This document shows, piece by piece, positions 30,371 to 40,802 of a DNA stretch of 64,000 bases (the first letter of the stretch is position 1; every line of letters starts with the position of its first letter). This DNA is from a virus, in the IMG/VR virus record IMGVR_UViG_3300047462_000154, positions 64,001 to 128,000 of that record; one strand, given 5' to 3'. Below the pieces are notes generated by a model that was given only the letters and a program-made list of their open reading frames with translations, did not search any database and was not told the origin of the DNA. Position numbers and translations under genes: made by a program.

Positions 30371-31066
30371 TTAGTTTGTATAGAGGAAATTTACATAGCT
30401 TTGCATACCAGCAATAAAATTAGTTCTACTTCCCGAAAAATCAATTGCATTTAATGCATTTTGTAATGGTCCTGCTGTTGGGGATACAAAAACACCAGAT
30501 AACCCATGAATGATAGCATTTAAATAATTAAAAGTCATTTGGTCAGAATTAGAATATCCATATGAACCAACATTATTTACAGTAAAACCTTCAAGAGATG
30601 TATATTTTGTTCCAACACCAATTACATTATTTCCATTACCTGTAGGTACAATTCCATTTGTTATCGCTTGTATAAAAGTAAAAAATGCAGGAAATATACC
30701 TCTCATTGTATTGCCATAAGAATCTCCACCACCATAAGAATCTTGGCTTATTTGAACCCAAGATGTTCCAGACCAATAATAATTAGCAAAATGGTCAGAA
30801 CTTGAATATGGCGGCATTTCTATTCCACCAGGAACAGAATTTACTAAACTATTAGCTTTTGACATAATCGTTGTAATATCAAAAGGATAATTATAACTAT
30901 TTCTAAAATTAGCTAAAGATATAGTACCACTTGTTGGTATGTTAGAATTTTGTGGAGTGTTATAAACATACGAGCCGCCACGATATAATTGATTCATATT
31001 AATTGGATGAGGAACACCAAAATATAATGAAATTTGACCAAGTGATATTGAACCAGTAGAAAACAT
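30371..31066 (-). CDS. fibre tip/adhesin-like protein
   Basis: N-terminal GSISL.QI...FG....LYRGG.YV....IP.SG.ISL.NF motif, directly after tail fibre gene. Confidence 0.65.
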   Translation of the reverse strand: MFSTGSISLGQISLYFGVPHPINMNQLYRGGSYVYNTPQNSNIPTSGTISLANFRNSYNYPFDITTIMSKANSLVNSVPGGIEMPPYSSSDHFANYYWSGTSWVQISQDSYGGGDSYGNTMRGIFPAFFTFIQAITNGIVPTGNGNNVIGVGTKYTSLEGFTVNNVGSYGYSNSDQMTFNYLNAIIHGLSGVFVSPTAGPLQNALNAIDFSGSRTNFIAGMQSYVNFLYTN

Positions 31067-32730
31067 TATTTTGATTCCAAAATATCAATTTTATCTGATA
31101 ATTCTTTTACCGCTTCAATTAAAAATGCAATTATATTATTATACCCAACTGTTAAATATCCACTATTTTCGCCCACAATTTCAGGCAAAACTTTTTGAAT
31201 TTCTTGTGCTATAACACCATATCTTTGGTTGCCATCTTTTTTATATTTTACACCGCGTAATTGTTTAATAATATCTAATCCTTTTGATGTTTCTATATCA
31301 GTTTTTAATCTTTCATCAGAAAAAGCAACAACACTACCATTCATAATCAAATCAGAATTTGAATCAATATTACCAACAATAGTTGTTCCAGAAACAAAAT
31401 TAATTCCTTGGGCACTATTAGCTGGTGCTTGTATGCCCCAATTATTAGTTAAATAATACGATGGAGAATATGCTGGTAAATTAAATGTCGCACGTGTATT
31501 AGAACAATCAAACACATTAATAATTCCAGTTCCATTGGTATTAGGAACAAATATTGCTAAATTACCGGCAATATTTCCTGAATATATTCCAGAATTTAAA
31601 TTACTACCATTAACACCAACAGCAAAACCAGTTGGAGAATATACATATCCAGTATTATCAAAATTATAATTAAAACTTCCTACTTCAATATCCAAAGTAT
31701 TTGTAGTAGAAGTCAAAGACATTGGAATTGTATTTTTTACAACAAATGATGGTGAAGAAATAGAAGTGAGATTTGATACCGCACCGTTATTCAAATTTAT
31801 AACAAATGGATAACTCATATTAGTTCCATTTGATGCAACAATATTATAATTGGTTCCATCATTTGAATGAATAATTTCCAAATTAGAAATATTGGTGTTA
31901 GTCAAAGCAAATGTTGAATTAACAACCAATGCTCCAGACATTGTACCACCGCTTTCTGGAACATAATTACCTTGAGAAAAATTAGCAGTAGAATATACTT
32001 CACTGCCATTAATAAACAATCCACCAGATGCAACTATATTAAGACCGCTATTTGTTATAGGCTGAAGGAATAAATTACCCTGACTAAAATATATCGATTG
32101 ATTGCCGCCAAATAAACCAAGAACACCACCATTAGATAATGCCATATTTAAATTTCCAGATTCATAAAAACTGAAATTTCCTGGTGCTCCACCCCATTGC
32201 ATACCAGTTGTTTTATCTGATTTAAAGAAGAAATGGTCAGAATATGCATAATTATCAAATTGTATGTTAGAAGTAACTTCCAATTCAGAACCATTTAATT
32301 GAATAGTTGATAAAACTGGACCCGATGGCGAATTTTGAAATTCAATTTTTGGCATTACTGAATTTGTTAAAATTAATATTCCATTATTTGTTAACTCTGA
32401 TTCATCACCTACACCATCAGATACAATAATGTTTCCAGTAAATTTTGGATTTGATGCAGCAACTAATGGAATCCAAACAAGACTCGAATCAAAATAATTC
32501 AATGTAGAATTATTTAAATCATACCATAATTGCCCAATCAATGGATTAGATGGCGCAATTATATTAGAAAAATTTTCCAAAAGATAAACAAAATTTTCAT
32601 CCAATGAACTACCATAATCAACAAAACCTTCACCAAATAAAGTCAATGAAGTTGCCGTGTTGTTCGTCGTGTTATCCAACAACATCGTTAAAAACGTGCC
32701 ATCACTCTTTGTTATTTGATAAGTCGCCAT
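31066..32730 (-). CDS. tail fibre with C-terminal intramolecular chaperone (peptidase S74)
   Basis: N-terminal LTLFG...YG...ENFVYLLENF anchor; FSDERLKTDI...GVIAQEI..VLPE. Confidence 0.85.
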   Translation of the reverse strand: MATYQITKSDGTFLTMLLDNTTNNTATSLTLFGEGFVDYGSSLDENFVYLLENFSNIIAPSNPLIGQLWYDLNNSTLNYFDSSLVWIPLVAASNPKFTGNIIVSDGVGDESELTNNGILILTNSVMPKIEFQNSPSGPVLSTIQLNGSELEVTSNIQFDNYAYSDHFFFKSDKTTGMQWGGAPGNFSFYESGNLNMALSNGGVLGLFGGNQSIYFSQGNLFLQPITNSGLNIVASGGLFINGSEVYSTANFSQGNYVPESGGTMSGALVVNSTFALTNTNISNLEIIHSNDGTNYNIVASNGTNMSYPFVINLNNGAVSNLTSISSPSFVVKNTIPMSLTSTTNTLDIEVGSFNYNFDNTGYVYSPTGFAVGVNGSNLNSGIYSGNIAGNLAIFVPNTNGTGIINVFDCSNTRATFNLPAYSPSYYLTNNWGIQAPANSAQGINFVSGTTIVGNIDSNSDLIMNGSVVAFSDERLKTDIETSKGLDIIKQLRGVKYKKDGNQRYGVIAQEIQKVLPEIVGENSGYLTVGYNNIIAFLIEAVKELSDKIDILESK

Positions 32731-32953
32731 TGTTATACCTTTTATGATATTTATTATTTCATAATATTTAAGAAAATATCAATTTTGTTTGACAAAAATA
32801 GTTCTTATTTTTATTTCGTCAAAAGTTTTTTGTCCAGATTTTAATAACTTGTAATATATATCTATGGAATTTCATTTGAGACAAAAGTGACATTACCTAT
32901 AATCAGGTATTAGGCAATTATGTGGATAAATATTATAAAAAAGGGAGATAAAA

Positions 32954-33496
32954 TTGTTAAGAAACACAGAAAAAATGTTAGAATACCATTATAAAAATAA
33001 TTTAGAATTAAGAACTATGATTGATAATTTAGAATCATTTTCATTAGAAGATATAGATAATTCAACATTACCTAAATGGATGAGACTTGCTTTAAAACAG
33101 AAAAAAGAAATTCAAATAGCAAATCAACAAATGATTTTTAATATTCAGGAAGGAAATATTAAAGAGAATTACGTTCAAGATGTTTCTGGCAAAATACTTA
33201 AATGGAATGGCACGGAAACTTATATTTATTTTGGTAGAAGTCAGATATTGGTAAATTTAAATGATTTGATTTTTGTATCCTCAAAAGGAATTTGGTTGGA
33301 TACTGTTTTTTCTAAAACAATTGACCCAAAATTAAATCAATGTGTTTTTGTTAAAAATGCTACATTTTCAGAATATAAAACATTTCGTCAAAACGAATTA
33401 CAAAAGAAATATCCAAACTTTGATAAATTACTTCCTGTAATCGGACAATCAGATAACATATCCAACACACAGCCATTCTCAATTTATCGTCCATAA
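32954..33496 (+). CDS. hypothetical protein
   Basis: 180 aa, GGGAG RBS. Confidence 0.7.
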   Translation: MLRNTEKMLEYHYKNNLELRTMIDNLESFSLEDIDNSTLPKWMRLALKQKKEIQIANQQMIFNIQEGNIKENYVQDVSGKILKWNGTETYIYFGRSQILVNLNDLIFVSSKGIWLDTVFSKTIDPKLNQCVFVKNATFSEYKTFRQNELQKKYPNFDKLLPVIGQSDNISNTQPFSIYRP

Positions 33497-33612
33497 TTTA
33501 AAGTTGACAAACTTGTTTTTTATGATTATGTAGAGTTTGCTCTGGAGTGTTTTATATTTTGGATTTCGGACCAACATGTGATATTACTCTGGTTTTTCGA
33601 GAGGGATATCTA

Positions 33613-33915
33613 ATGATTGAAGAAACCAAATTTAAGGAATTACACAAAAAAGGCATGACAATGCAAGAAATGGCTAATGAACTTTCTTGTTCCTATGCCA
33701 GCGTTTATCAAACACATAAAAGTTTAAATTTAGAACCAAACAAAAAATCAAATGAAAGACATGCTAAAATTTTAGAACTTGTTAAAGAACATCCTGAATT
33801 AAGTTATGAAGAAATTGGTAAATTAGTCAACTGCACTCGTCAAAACGTTTCTGTTGTATGTTTGGAAAAACATAAAATAAGACGTAGGAATACCGATGGT
33901 TCTTTAACCAAATGA
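33613..33915 (+). CDS. tandem helix-turn-helix protein
   Basis: GMTMQEMANELSCSYASV and LSYEEIGKLVNCTRQNVS; GAGGG RBS before ATG 33613. Confidence 0.75.
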   Translation: MIEETKFKELHKKGMTMQEMANELSCSYASVYQTHKSLNLEPNKKSNERHAKILELVKEHPELSYEEIGKLVNCTRQNVSVVCLEKHKIRRRNTDGSLTK

Positions 33916-33934
33916 TTTCGCATAAAAATAAAAA

Positions 33935-34162
33935 ATGAAAAAAACTATTGATATTTTATCAATTATTGGTTTAGCCGCTTTAGTTATAGGTTTTATCAAT
34001 ACTGTATTTTTTAATCTTACTGGAATTATTTTCCTCTTAGGTTTAATGTTTTTATCAATTGTGGATTCTTTAAATAAAATAGAAAAAATAATTGCGATAA
34101 AATTTCATATATTTTATATTATTTTTATGATGCTTTGTACATATTTGGAAGTATTATCTTAA
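33935..34162 (+). CDS. small membrane protein
   Basis: 75 aa hydrophobic. Confidence 0.6.
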   Translation: MKKTIDILSIIGLAALVIGFINTVFFNLTGIIFLLGLMFLSIVDSLNKIEKIIAIKFHIFYIIFMMLCTYLEVLS

Positions 34163-34581
34163 ATGCAAGAATATGTTTTAGGATTTTTGTTTTCTGAAGA
34201 CAAACAACAAGTCGCATTAATTTATAAAAATCGTCCAGTTTCTTTAAAAAATCAATGGAACGGAATTGGTGGTCATATTGAAGAAAATGAAACTGCTGAC
34301 AAAGCTATCATTAGAGAATTTTATGAAGAAACAGGTGTTCAAATAGAATCTTGGAATGACCCATTTTGTGTTGTACAAAATAAAATTTTTATTTGTACGT
34401 TTTTTGTGCATTTTCTGATTTAATCCAAAATATCAAATCAATGACTGATGAAAAAGTCGATGTTTTTGATGTTTATGAATTGAATGGCGTTATATCATTT
34501 GCACCATTAGTAAAAACCTTGATTAATCTAGCATTGGATGATAGCATAGAATATCCTGTTATGTTGCATGCAAAGGATTGA
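34163..34581 (+). pseudogene. Nudix hydrolase split by a -1 frameshift near 34382-34390
   Basis: Nudix box GGHIEENETADKAIIREFYEETG; C-terminus continues in another frame. Confidence 0.75.
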
Positions 34582-34584
34582 ATA

Positions 34585-34947
34585 ATGATTTGGTTTGTAA
34601 TTTTCTTTGTTATATTTTTTACAATTAATTGTAAAAATATATGGAGAAGAAATCGATAATTTCTTTGCAGTTATTTTTGCATTAATTTTGTCCGTTTTTT
34701 TTGGAGTGATTGTATCCACTACTATTGGATGTTATTTGTCAGTCAAACAATATAGTTTTGATGTTCCATTAATTCAAATAAAAACCGTTAATGGAGCATC
34801 AGGAAATTTTTTCCTGGGAACAGGAAATATAACCAACATTATTTTTGGATTGCATTACCAGCACCAGATATTGCAGATGGTACAAATTATTATTGTCCAA
34901 CATTCACCGTTCCACAAAATTCAATAGAACCAAATTTTTCTTTCTAA
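34585..34947 (+). pseudogene. degraded membrane-anchored phage protein (two frame breaks)
   Basis: MIWFVIFFVIF / LQLIV...SGNFFLGTG / HYFWIAL...FTVPQNSIEPNFSF read as three segments with two frame changes. Confidence 0.55.
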
Positions 34948-35010
34948 AACACTTGTCAACATAATTTTTTTATGCCATTATCTGATGAGAACATCAGAAA
35001 TGGATTAGTT

Positions 35011-35334
35011 ATGGAACAGTTTGAAAAATTTATTGGAAAATCAATTACAACAATATTGACTTATTGTTTAGTTTTTATTGTGCTTTTACCATTTATAATC
35101 TATCAAGCTTGGGTTATTGTTCTATATTGGAAATGGTTTATTATGCCCATTTTCAATTTCAAACAAATAACGATTTTGTATGCAATCGTATTGCAAATGT
35201 TTGTTCAAATGTTCCGTTCATCACCGCGCCCAAACCCAGATGATAAAATTTGGAATGATACAATAAAAAAACCATTAATAAAAATAACAACGATTTTGAT
35301 TGTTGGATATGTGATTCATTTTTATATCAACTAA
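35011..35334 (+). CDS. membrane protein
   Basis: Hydrophobic, W.WFI.P.F motif. Confidence 0.65.
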   Translation: MEQFEKFIGKSITTILTYCLVFIVLLPFIIYQAWVIVLYWKWFIMPIFNFKQITILYAIVLQMFVQMFRSSPRPNPDDKIWNDTIKKPLIKITTILIVGYVIHFYIN

Positions 35335-35343
35335 TTTGGGAAT

Positions 35344-36228
35344 ATGACTATGCCTAAACAATTTACTTCAGATATTTCGATTCATGAAAAAGATAAATTT
35401 TTTCTTGAACATGCAAAAGAAAGAAATTATTCTTTTGATTTAATAAATGGTCTTATTTTGGATTCCAAAGGTAAAAGTTTAGGAACCAAAACTAAAAGAA
35501 ATATAATTTTTTACTATTGTACAAATGGAAAAACTTTTGGTATTGCGAGATGTAGAGCAATTTGGCTTTCCGTTCATGGTTATGTGGAAGAAGGTCTTCA
35601 GCCATCTCATATTTCAGAAGATTTAACAGATGATAATATTAAAAATATTCATCTAACTAATCTTTCTATGCGAAGCATAGAATCAAGTGCTCGCCGTTTA
35701 AAAAATAATAAACAGGCTGATAAAATTCGTCAAATGTTTGGTAAAATGACTTTAAATCAAGTCAATGAAGCACGCATTATCGCTAGAGAAAATAGTCTAA
35801 TTTCTTATCAGACACTTGCAAATAAATATGGTGTTTCTAAAACATCGATGGTTTTTGCCCTGCAAGGTAAAACATGGAAAGATGCGCAAGAACCGCCTGT
35901 GTTTCGCAAAAAAGAAATTTTGACGGAAAAGAAGCCACGTGTGCGCGGACCACGAGTTAGCAAACCTTCAGTTAAAACTACAGAAAAAGTAACTACAGAA
36001 AAAGCACCAATCATTAACCATCTAGTTAAAAAACAGGTTCATGTTGTTGATATAAAAGTTAAACAAAACACGGAAGAATTGCGTCGAATTGTCAAAAGCA
36101 TTTTGCTTAACAACAATAATATTTCTGATTTTGGTATAATGAAATTTCTTCAAATGCGAAGGATTTCATTTACTGATGCATCTATCATCAATATTTCCAA
36201 ATCAATCAGAAAAGAAATCCGATGCTAA
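35344..36228 (+). CDS. degenerate HNH-like plus HTH DNA-binding protein
   Basis: RAIWL.VHG...EG....H..EDL.DDN..N..LT, then YQTLANKYGVSKTS. Confidence 0.6.
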   Translation: MTMPKQFTSDISIHEKDKFFLEHAKERNYSFDLINGLILDSKGKSLGTKTKRNIIFYYCTNGKTFGIARCRAIWLSVHGYVEEGLQPSHISEDLTDDNIKNIHLTNLSMRSIESSARRLKNNKQADKIRQMFGKMTLNQVNEARIIARENSLISYQTLANKYGVSKTSMVFALQGKTWKDAQEPPVFRKKEILTEKKPRVRGPRVSKPSVKTTEKVTTEKAPIINHLVKKQVHVVDIKVKQNTEELRRIVKSILLNNNNISDFGIMKFLQMRRISFTDASIINISKSIRKEIRC

Positions 36229-37007
36229 CTGAAATTGATAAATCTTTCCTTATCCATGCTGAAAAAAACGGATTTGTTTTTGATAAGGATAATGGAAAGA
36301 TTTATAATGGAAAAGGTAAAGAAATAGGAAGTAAATCTAAAAAAATTTGGATTATATCTTTTACTTTAAATTCCAAAGCAAAAGGAATTACAAGAGCACG
36401 AGCTATATGGCTGCATGCTAATGGTGAAATACCAGAAGGATATGGTGTTGGACACAAATCAGAAGATTTGTCAGATGATAATTTAAGTAATCTTGAATTA
36501 ACAACCAATTCAACACGCAACTCAAAAAGAAATAAATCTTATCGATATTCATCCGGTAGAAATAATAAAATAACTATCGATATTGTAAATGAAGATAGAA
36601 AATATTTTCGTGAAAACCCAAATGCATCTTATGATGAAAGAGCCGAAAAAAGAGGCATAACCAAAACATCATTAATTCATGCAATTTCTGGCAAATCTTG
36701 GAAAAATGCAACAGAAGAACCAGTTGCTATTAGAAAAGGCAAAGGAAAGCCGTCTACGGGTTTAAATAAAAAATCTATGCCAAGACTGCCTAAAATTAAT
36801 AAGCCTTTAAAATCCGTTTATATTAAGAATGAACTGACTCTTAAAAGAGAAGAAACATATAAAGTTGTGAAAAGTTTAATTTCTAATAATAGAAATTTAA
36901 CCAATAAAGGTATTATGAAATTTTTATGTATGAGAAATTTGCCATTTAATCCAAAAACGTTTTACCAAATAACTTCCAAAGCAAAAAAGGAATTATCTAA
37001 TATATGA
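36222..37007 (+). CDS. degenerate HNH-like plus HTH DNA-binding protein, paralogue
   Basis: Collinear with 35344..36228 (RAIWL, EDL.DDN, GK.WK.A.E.PV, GIMKFL.MR). Confidence 0.6.
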   Translation: MLTEIDKSFLIHAEKNGFVFDKDNGKIYNGKGKEIGSKSKKIWIISFTLNSKAKGITRARAIWLHANGEIPEGYGVGHKSEDLSDDNLSNLELTTNSTRNSKRNKSYRYSSGRNNKITIDIVNEDRKYFRENPNASYDERAEKRGITKTSLIHAISGKSWKNATEEPVAIRKGKGKPSTGLNKKSMPRLPKINKPLKSVYIKNELTLKREETYKVVKSLISNNRNLTNKGIMKFLCMRNLPFNPKTFYQITSKAKKELSNI

Positions 37008-37013
37008 TAAAAT

Positions 37014-37049
37014 GATTAAAAACCCCGCAATATTGCGGGGTTTTTAATC
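37014..37049. terminator. bidirectional terminator (perfect 36 bp palindrome)
   Basis: gattaaaaaccccgcaat|attgcggggtttttaatc between convergent genes. Confidence 0.9.
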
Positions 37050-37067
37050 TATGTTTATTTTTTTATT

Positions 37068-39986
37068 TTATTGTGAAACGTTAATATTATTTGGTAATGA
37101 TGTTGTTGTTGATGTTGTAGCAGCAGTATTATATGAAGAATTTGATTCAATACGAACTGGTATGTAAATAAACTCAACAGCAGTCAACGGTAAAATCAAA
37201 ACATCAATCCATAATTGATTAGCATCAAGTGTTGCCGCTGTGTTATTTGAAGAATCACAAATAACGGCAAAATCAGAGATTGCACGCATGCCAACAAGGT
37301 TAGATAAAAACTGTGAAACCGTATTGCCCGCTGCTGTTCTTGTTATATTGTCATTTTGTTCGAACAAATATGGTTTAGTTATTTGGTCAAGTTGGTAAGC
37401 GACATAATTAGCTAAACGTGCAACGTTTATTCTTGTTAATAAACTTGAATCTGTTGCAAGAGTTTTCTGTCCATAGAGAACCAATCCACGTCCAGGAATG
37501 TATGCAATAGGATTAATACTATTTGAATATAATGTATCGCGTTGTCCCTGATTAAGAATAACAGGTTGGAATGTTCCACCAGATGTTAAATATCCAACTG
37601 ATGTTGCATTTGTAATTAATCCTCTGGTGAAGCCAGCAGGCGCAAACCATGGATAAGAAATTTGGTCTGAATATGCAATGGTTCTTAATACCATAGTTGA
37701 TGGTGGAACCATAACAGAATTACCAGAAGTATCTTGTCCTAATCCCCAAGGATAACTGATACAAGCATAATCTGAGTGAGTAACTAAACCATCTTCACTA
37801 TCGATTGGAACATTTGCTGTATTATTAGCAAAGTTTGCAATTGAATTACTGCTTGGGTCTAATCTTGCGGGAGTATCAGCAACAATAAATGATACTTCGT
37901 TTTGATTTGTATTCAATGTTACCATGTCAGATAACAATTCAATATAACCAGGAACAGCAATTAAATTGTAACGTACTAATTCAGATAAAATATCTTGGTT
38001 AGTGCTAATACAAGAAGCCAATGATTGAACAACCATAATACGTTGCGCTTTACGTAAGAAATAAGGCGCACCATTTTCTTGATTGCCAGAAGCAGTAACC
38101 CAACGCGATGCTGATTCTAAAACTGGAAATACTGTATCACCAATATTATATGTAGAAACTGTATAATCAGTATTAGGGTCATAGCCACCAGCATTAAAAT
38201 ATGTTGGATTCCATTCTTTAACGTTACCATAAGCATAACGTGAATTGAATAAAAGCATGCCAGCAGGATATAAACGAGGGTCGGGACAATCAGGGTCTAC
38301 AAAACTTGAAATTGCCATATCAGCAGATAATTGAGAACCAAACGTATACGTTCCTGTGGCTCCGGCATATGATGGTCCAGAATCTTGTCTTGCATCAGCA
38401 AATACAATTCCAAAAGGAGATGTATTATCTGCATTATTAATTAATGTCCAAGAAGATGTTGATGCTGTGTAACGATAAATTAAAGGATAGCTTTCTGTAT
38501 TAGAAGAATTAAGCCACAAATCATTATCAACCAATGCGCCACCAGTGCTTTGTGATGTTGGCGCACTGCCAGAAATTTGAACACCGTTGGGGTCAGTTAA
38601 TGGGAATTGTGAACGATAACCTACCCAATTTTCTCCAGACCCGTACATAATATCTGCGCGAACATCAGCATTATACCAATAAGTTCCAGCCGCCGGGGCG
38701 GTAGTTGGTGCAACAACATCTGCTTCATAACTCAACGCTGCCCAATAAGTTCCATTCCAACGTCTAATTTGTTGTGAACCAGTTGATGGGTCATATCCAA
38801 TATAAAGATTGCCAACCGAAATACCTGAACCTAAACCAGCTAATGCAGCAGTATCTTTACCAGTTGTGCCATCAGATAATGTGGAAGCATATTGATAAAA
38901 TGGTGTTGATAATGTAATAAATGAATTTGTTGCAGAACTATAATATTTTACAATCCAATTTGCGCCATTATTGGAAACACTTCCCTTAATCCAAATCGAA
39001 CCAGCAGTTGAATTTGTTGGATAAGATGCATTGTTAGTATAATAAACTGATAAACCATTAGTTGTGCCAGCAGTTAAACCAAGAACGTTTAAAGAGTTTC
39101 CAGAAACATTGGCTATCGTGATTGGACCACCAGCAGTATTTGTAATAACCAACGCGCTGTTAACTACTGATGCAGTAATATTTGGTATTGTTGCGTTATT
39201 AATATTTGAAATAACGCTTGTTAAATTACCAGGAGATGTTATAGTTACTGTTGTGCCATTAATTGAAAAAGTCTCGCCAACATTTGCATCACTTGGAGAT
39301 GTGCCACCAACAACAGTTGTTGGATTTTGTGCTAACCATTGAGTTGTTCCAACTTGATACCAAGTACCACCAATTTTTTGATAAAGAAGATTGTTAGAAG
39401 TCCAAGGAACAATAGCAAGATTTCCATTAACACCGAAACTTGTTAATGGAACAAATGTTGAGCTATTGATTTGATTAATTGTTGGAACCAACACTTTCTG
39501 AGATACCCAAGCAGAACCAGGAAGCGCATTACCGTTTGACATAAAAACACCAAAAGTGGTGTCAGTTAAATCAAACCAATATGTACCATATGCTGGTGGT
39601 GATGTTGGGGCAGATGTTGATGGTTGTAACGAATTTAAATCAATATCTGCACGAAGAACATAACATTGATTTGATAAACCCAAATATGAATAAGCAGCAT
39701 GTAATCCGTACTCTGCTAATTCTGAAGCATTAACGGGTGTGCCTTGCACAGATGGAAAAACTGGATTACCAAAATTTGTTAGCAAATCTTGTTGCGATGT
39801 AGCAAGATATAATTGATTTGCAAGCGACGGCACAGTGTATGGGGCTATACCTGAACCAGAAGGTGATGTTTTGTTGGCGGCTGTTGCCATGATTATCAGC
39901 GGTACAGTGCCAGTTGTTGCTGGTCCGGTGCTCGGACTTTGAGTTATTGTAACTTGCACACCAGGAGAAATTAAATTTTCAGACAT
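37068..39986 (-). CDS. contractile tail sheath protein (gp18-like)
   Basis: LISPGVQV, FGNP, E.AEYGL.AAYSYLG, PWFAPAG..RG, LY...INPI, GQKT, RINVARL. Confidence 0.92.
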   Translation of the reverse strand: MSENLISPGVQVTITQSPSTGPATTGTVPLIIMATAANKTSPSGSGIAPYTVPSLANQLYLATSQQDLLTNFGNPVFPSVQGTPVNASELAEYGLHAAYSYLGLSNQCYVLRADIDLNSLQPSTSAPTSPPAYGTYWFDLTDTTFGVFMSNGNALPGSAWVSQKVLVPTINQINSSTFVPLTSFGVNGNLAIVPWTSNNLLYQKIGGTWYQVGTTQWLAQNPTTVVGGTSPSDANVGETFSINGTTVTITSPGNLTSVISNINNATIPNITASVVNSALVITNTAGGPITIANVSGNSLNVLGLTAGTTNGLSVYYTNNASYPTNSTAGSIWIKGSVSNNGANWIVKYYSSATNSFITLSTPFYQYASTLSDGTTGKDTAALAGLGSGISVGNLYIGYDPSTGSQQIRRWNGTYWAALSYEADVVAPTTAPAAGTYWYNADVRADIMYGSGENWVGYRSQFPLTDPNGVQISGSAPTSQSTGGALVDNDLWLNSSNTESYPLIYRYTASTSSWTLINNADNTSPFGIVFADARQDSGPSYAGATGTYTFGSQLSADMAISSFVDPDCPDPRLYPAGMLLFNSRYAYGNVKEWNPTYFNAGGYDPNTDYTVSTYNIGDTVFPVLESASRWVTASGNQENGAPYFLRKAQRIMVVQSLASCISTNQDILSELVRYNLIAVPGYIELLSDMVTLNTNQNEVSFIVADTPARLDPSSNSIANFANNTANVPIDSEDGLVTHSDYACISYPWGLGQDTSGNSVMVPPSTMVLRTIAYSDQISYPWFAPAGFTRGLITNATSVGYLTSGGTFQPVILNQGQRDTLYSNSINPIAYIPGRGLVLYGQKTLATDSSLLTRINVARLANYVAYQLDQITKPYLFEQNDNITRTAAGNTVSQFLSNLVGMRAISDFAVICDSSNNTAATLDANQLWIDVLILPLTAVEFIYIPVRIESNSSYNTAATTSTTTSLPNNINVSQ

Positions 39987-40026
39987 TATTATTTGACCTC
40001 CAAAAAGTCTTTTTATTTGTTATTTC

Positions 40027-40033
40027 TATTTAT
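40027..40033 (-). promoter_or_regulatory. late promoter core for the sheath gene
   Basis: ATAAATA upstream of GGAGG RBS (39997-40001). Confidence 0.55.
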
Positions 40034-40193
40034 TCGGAGGACGTGTTTTTAATGTATTAAGTAAACAAGTATGCACAAAATATTACTTGAAAAAAATATT
40101 TAGAACGGTATTTTTGTTTTGATTTTCAAAGTTTTTGAGATGGAACGTTGTAAATTTATTAAATTTTTTTTGCAGAAAATTTTTTTAGCAATT

Positions 40194-40802
40194 TCAAGAT
40201 TTACCATAAACATCATTGGTTTGCATTGTAACTCTGTAAAAAACAGCATTATATGAAAAATATTGCAATTTATTACAATTTATGTAACTTCCACATGAAC
40301 GCAAACCACCAAGTATTTCTAAAATAGTATTTTCTACTGGTCCTCTATCATTTAATAATACAAGTTTACCTTCTGCTGCTCTGTGTTTCGCAACACCGCC
40401 AGAATATTGTTTCATGGCTTCTTCGGAAGACATACCAAAGAATTTATATTTCCCATCAACTAATTCTAATTCAGATTCAGAATGAGCAGCTAACATTCCA
40501 CCAAGCATTGTAAAATGAGAACCACCACAAAAAGCTTTAGCAACGTCTCCTGGTGTGGTACAACCACCATCTGAACAAATCATACCACCAACATCATAGG
40601 CAGCCTCAGAACAATCTATAATGGTCGATAATTGACTACGACCAACACCAGATAATTTACGAGTAGTGCAAGCGGAATTATGAACAACTAAATCGTTAGC
40701 AATATAACTATGGTCATCTTCTACTTCAAAATCAAAAGTATTTTCATTAATTTCTTCTTCTTCTATTAAAGTAATTTCAACAAGTTTAAATTTAGTTAAC
40801 AT
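40194..40802 (-). CDS. guaC: split-intein C-fragment (42 aa) fused to GMP reductase C-terminal half
   Basis: ...FDFEVEDDHSYIANDLVVHN|SACTTR..GVG; DGGC..PGDVAKAF.GG; FGMSS; EGK; GGLRS. Confidence 0.92.
   Translation of the reverse strand: MLTKFKLVEITLIEEEEINENTFDFEVEDDHSYIANDLVVHNSACTTRKLSGVGRSQLSTIIDCSEAAYDVGGMICSDGGCTTPGDVAKAFCGGSHFTMLGGMLAAHSESELELVDGKYKFFGMSSEEAMKQYSGGVAKHRAAEGKLVLLNDRGPVENTILEILGGLRSCGSYINCNKLQYFSYNAVFYRVTMQTNDVYGKS

Noticed and set aside
32921-32929. Perfect DnaA box (TGTGGATAA) in a divergent intergenic region
   Set aside because: Single copy with no iteron array; plausible by chance
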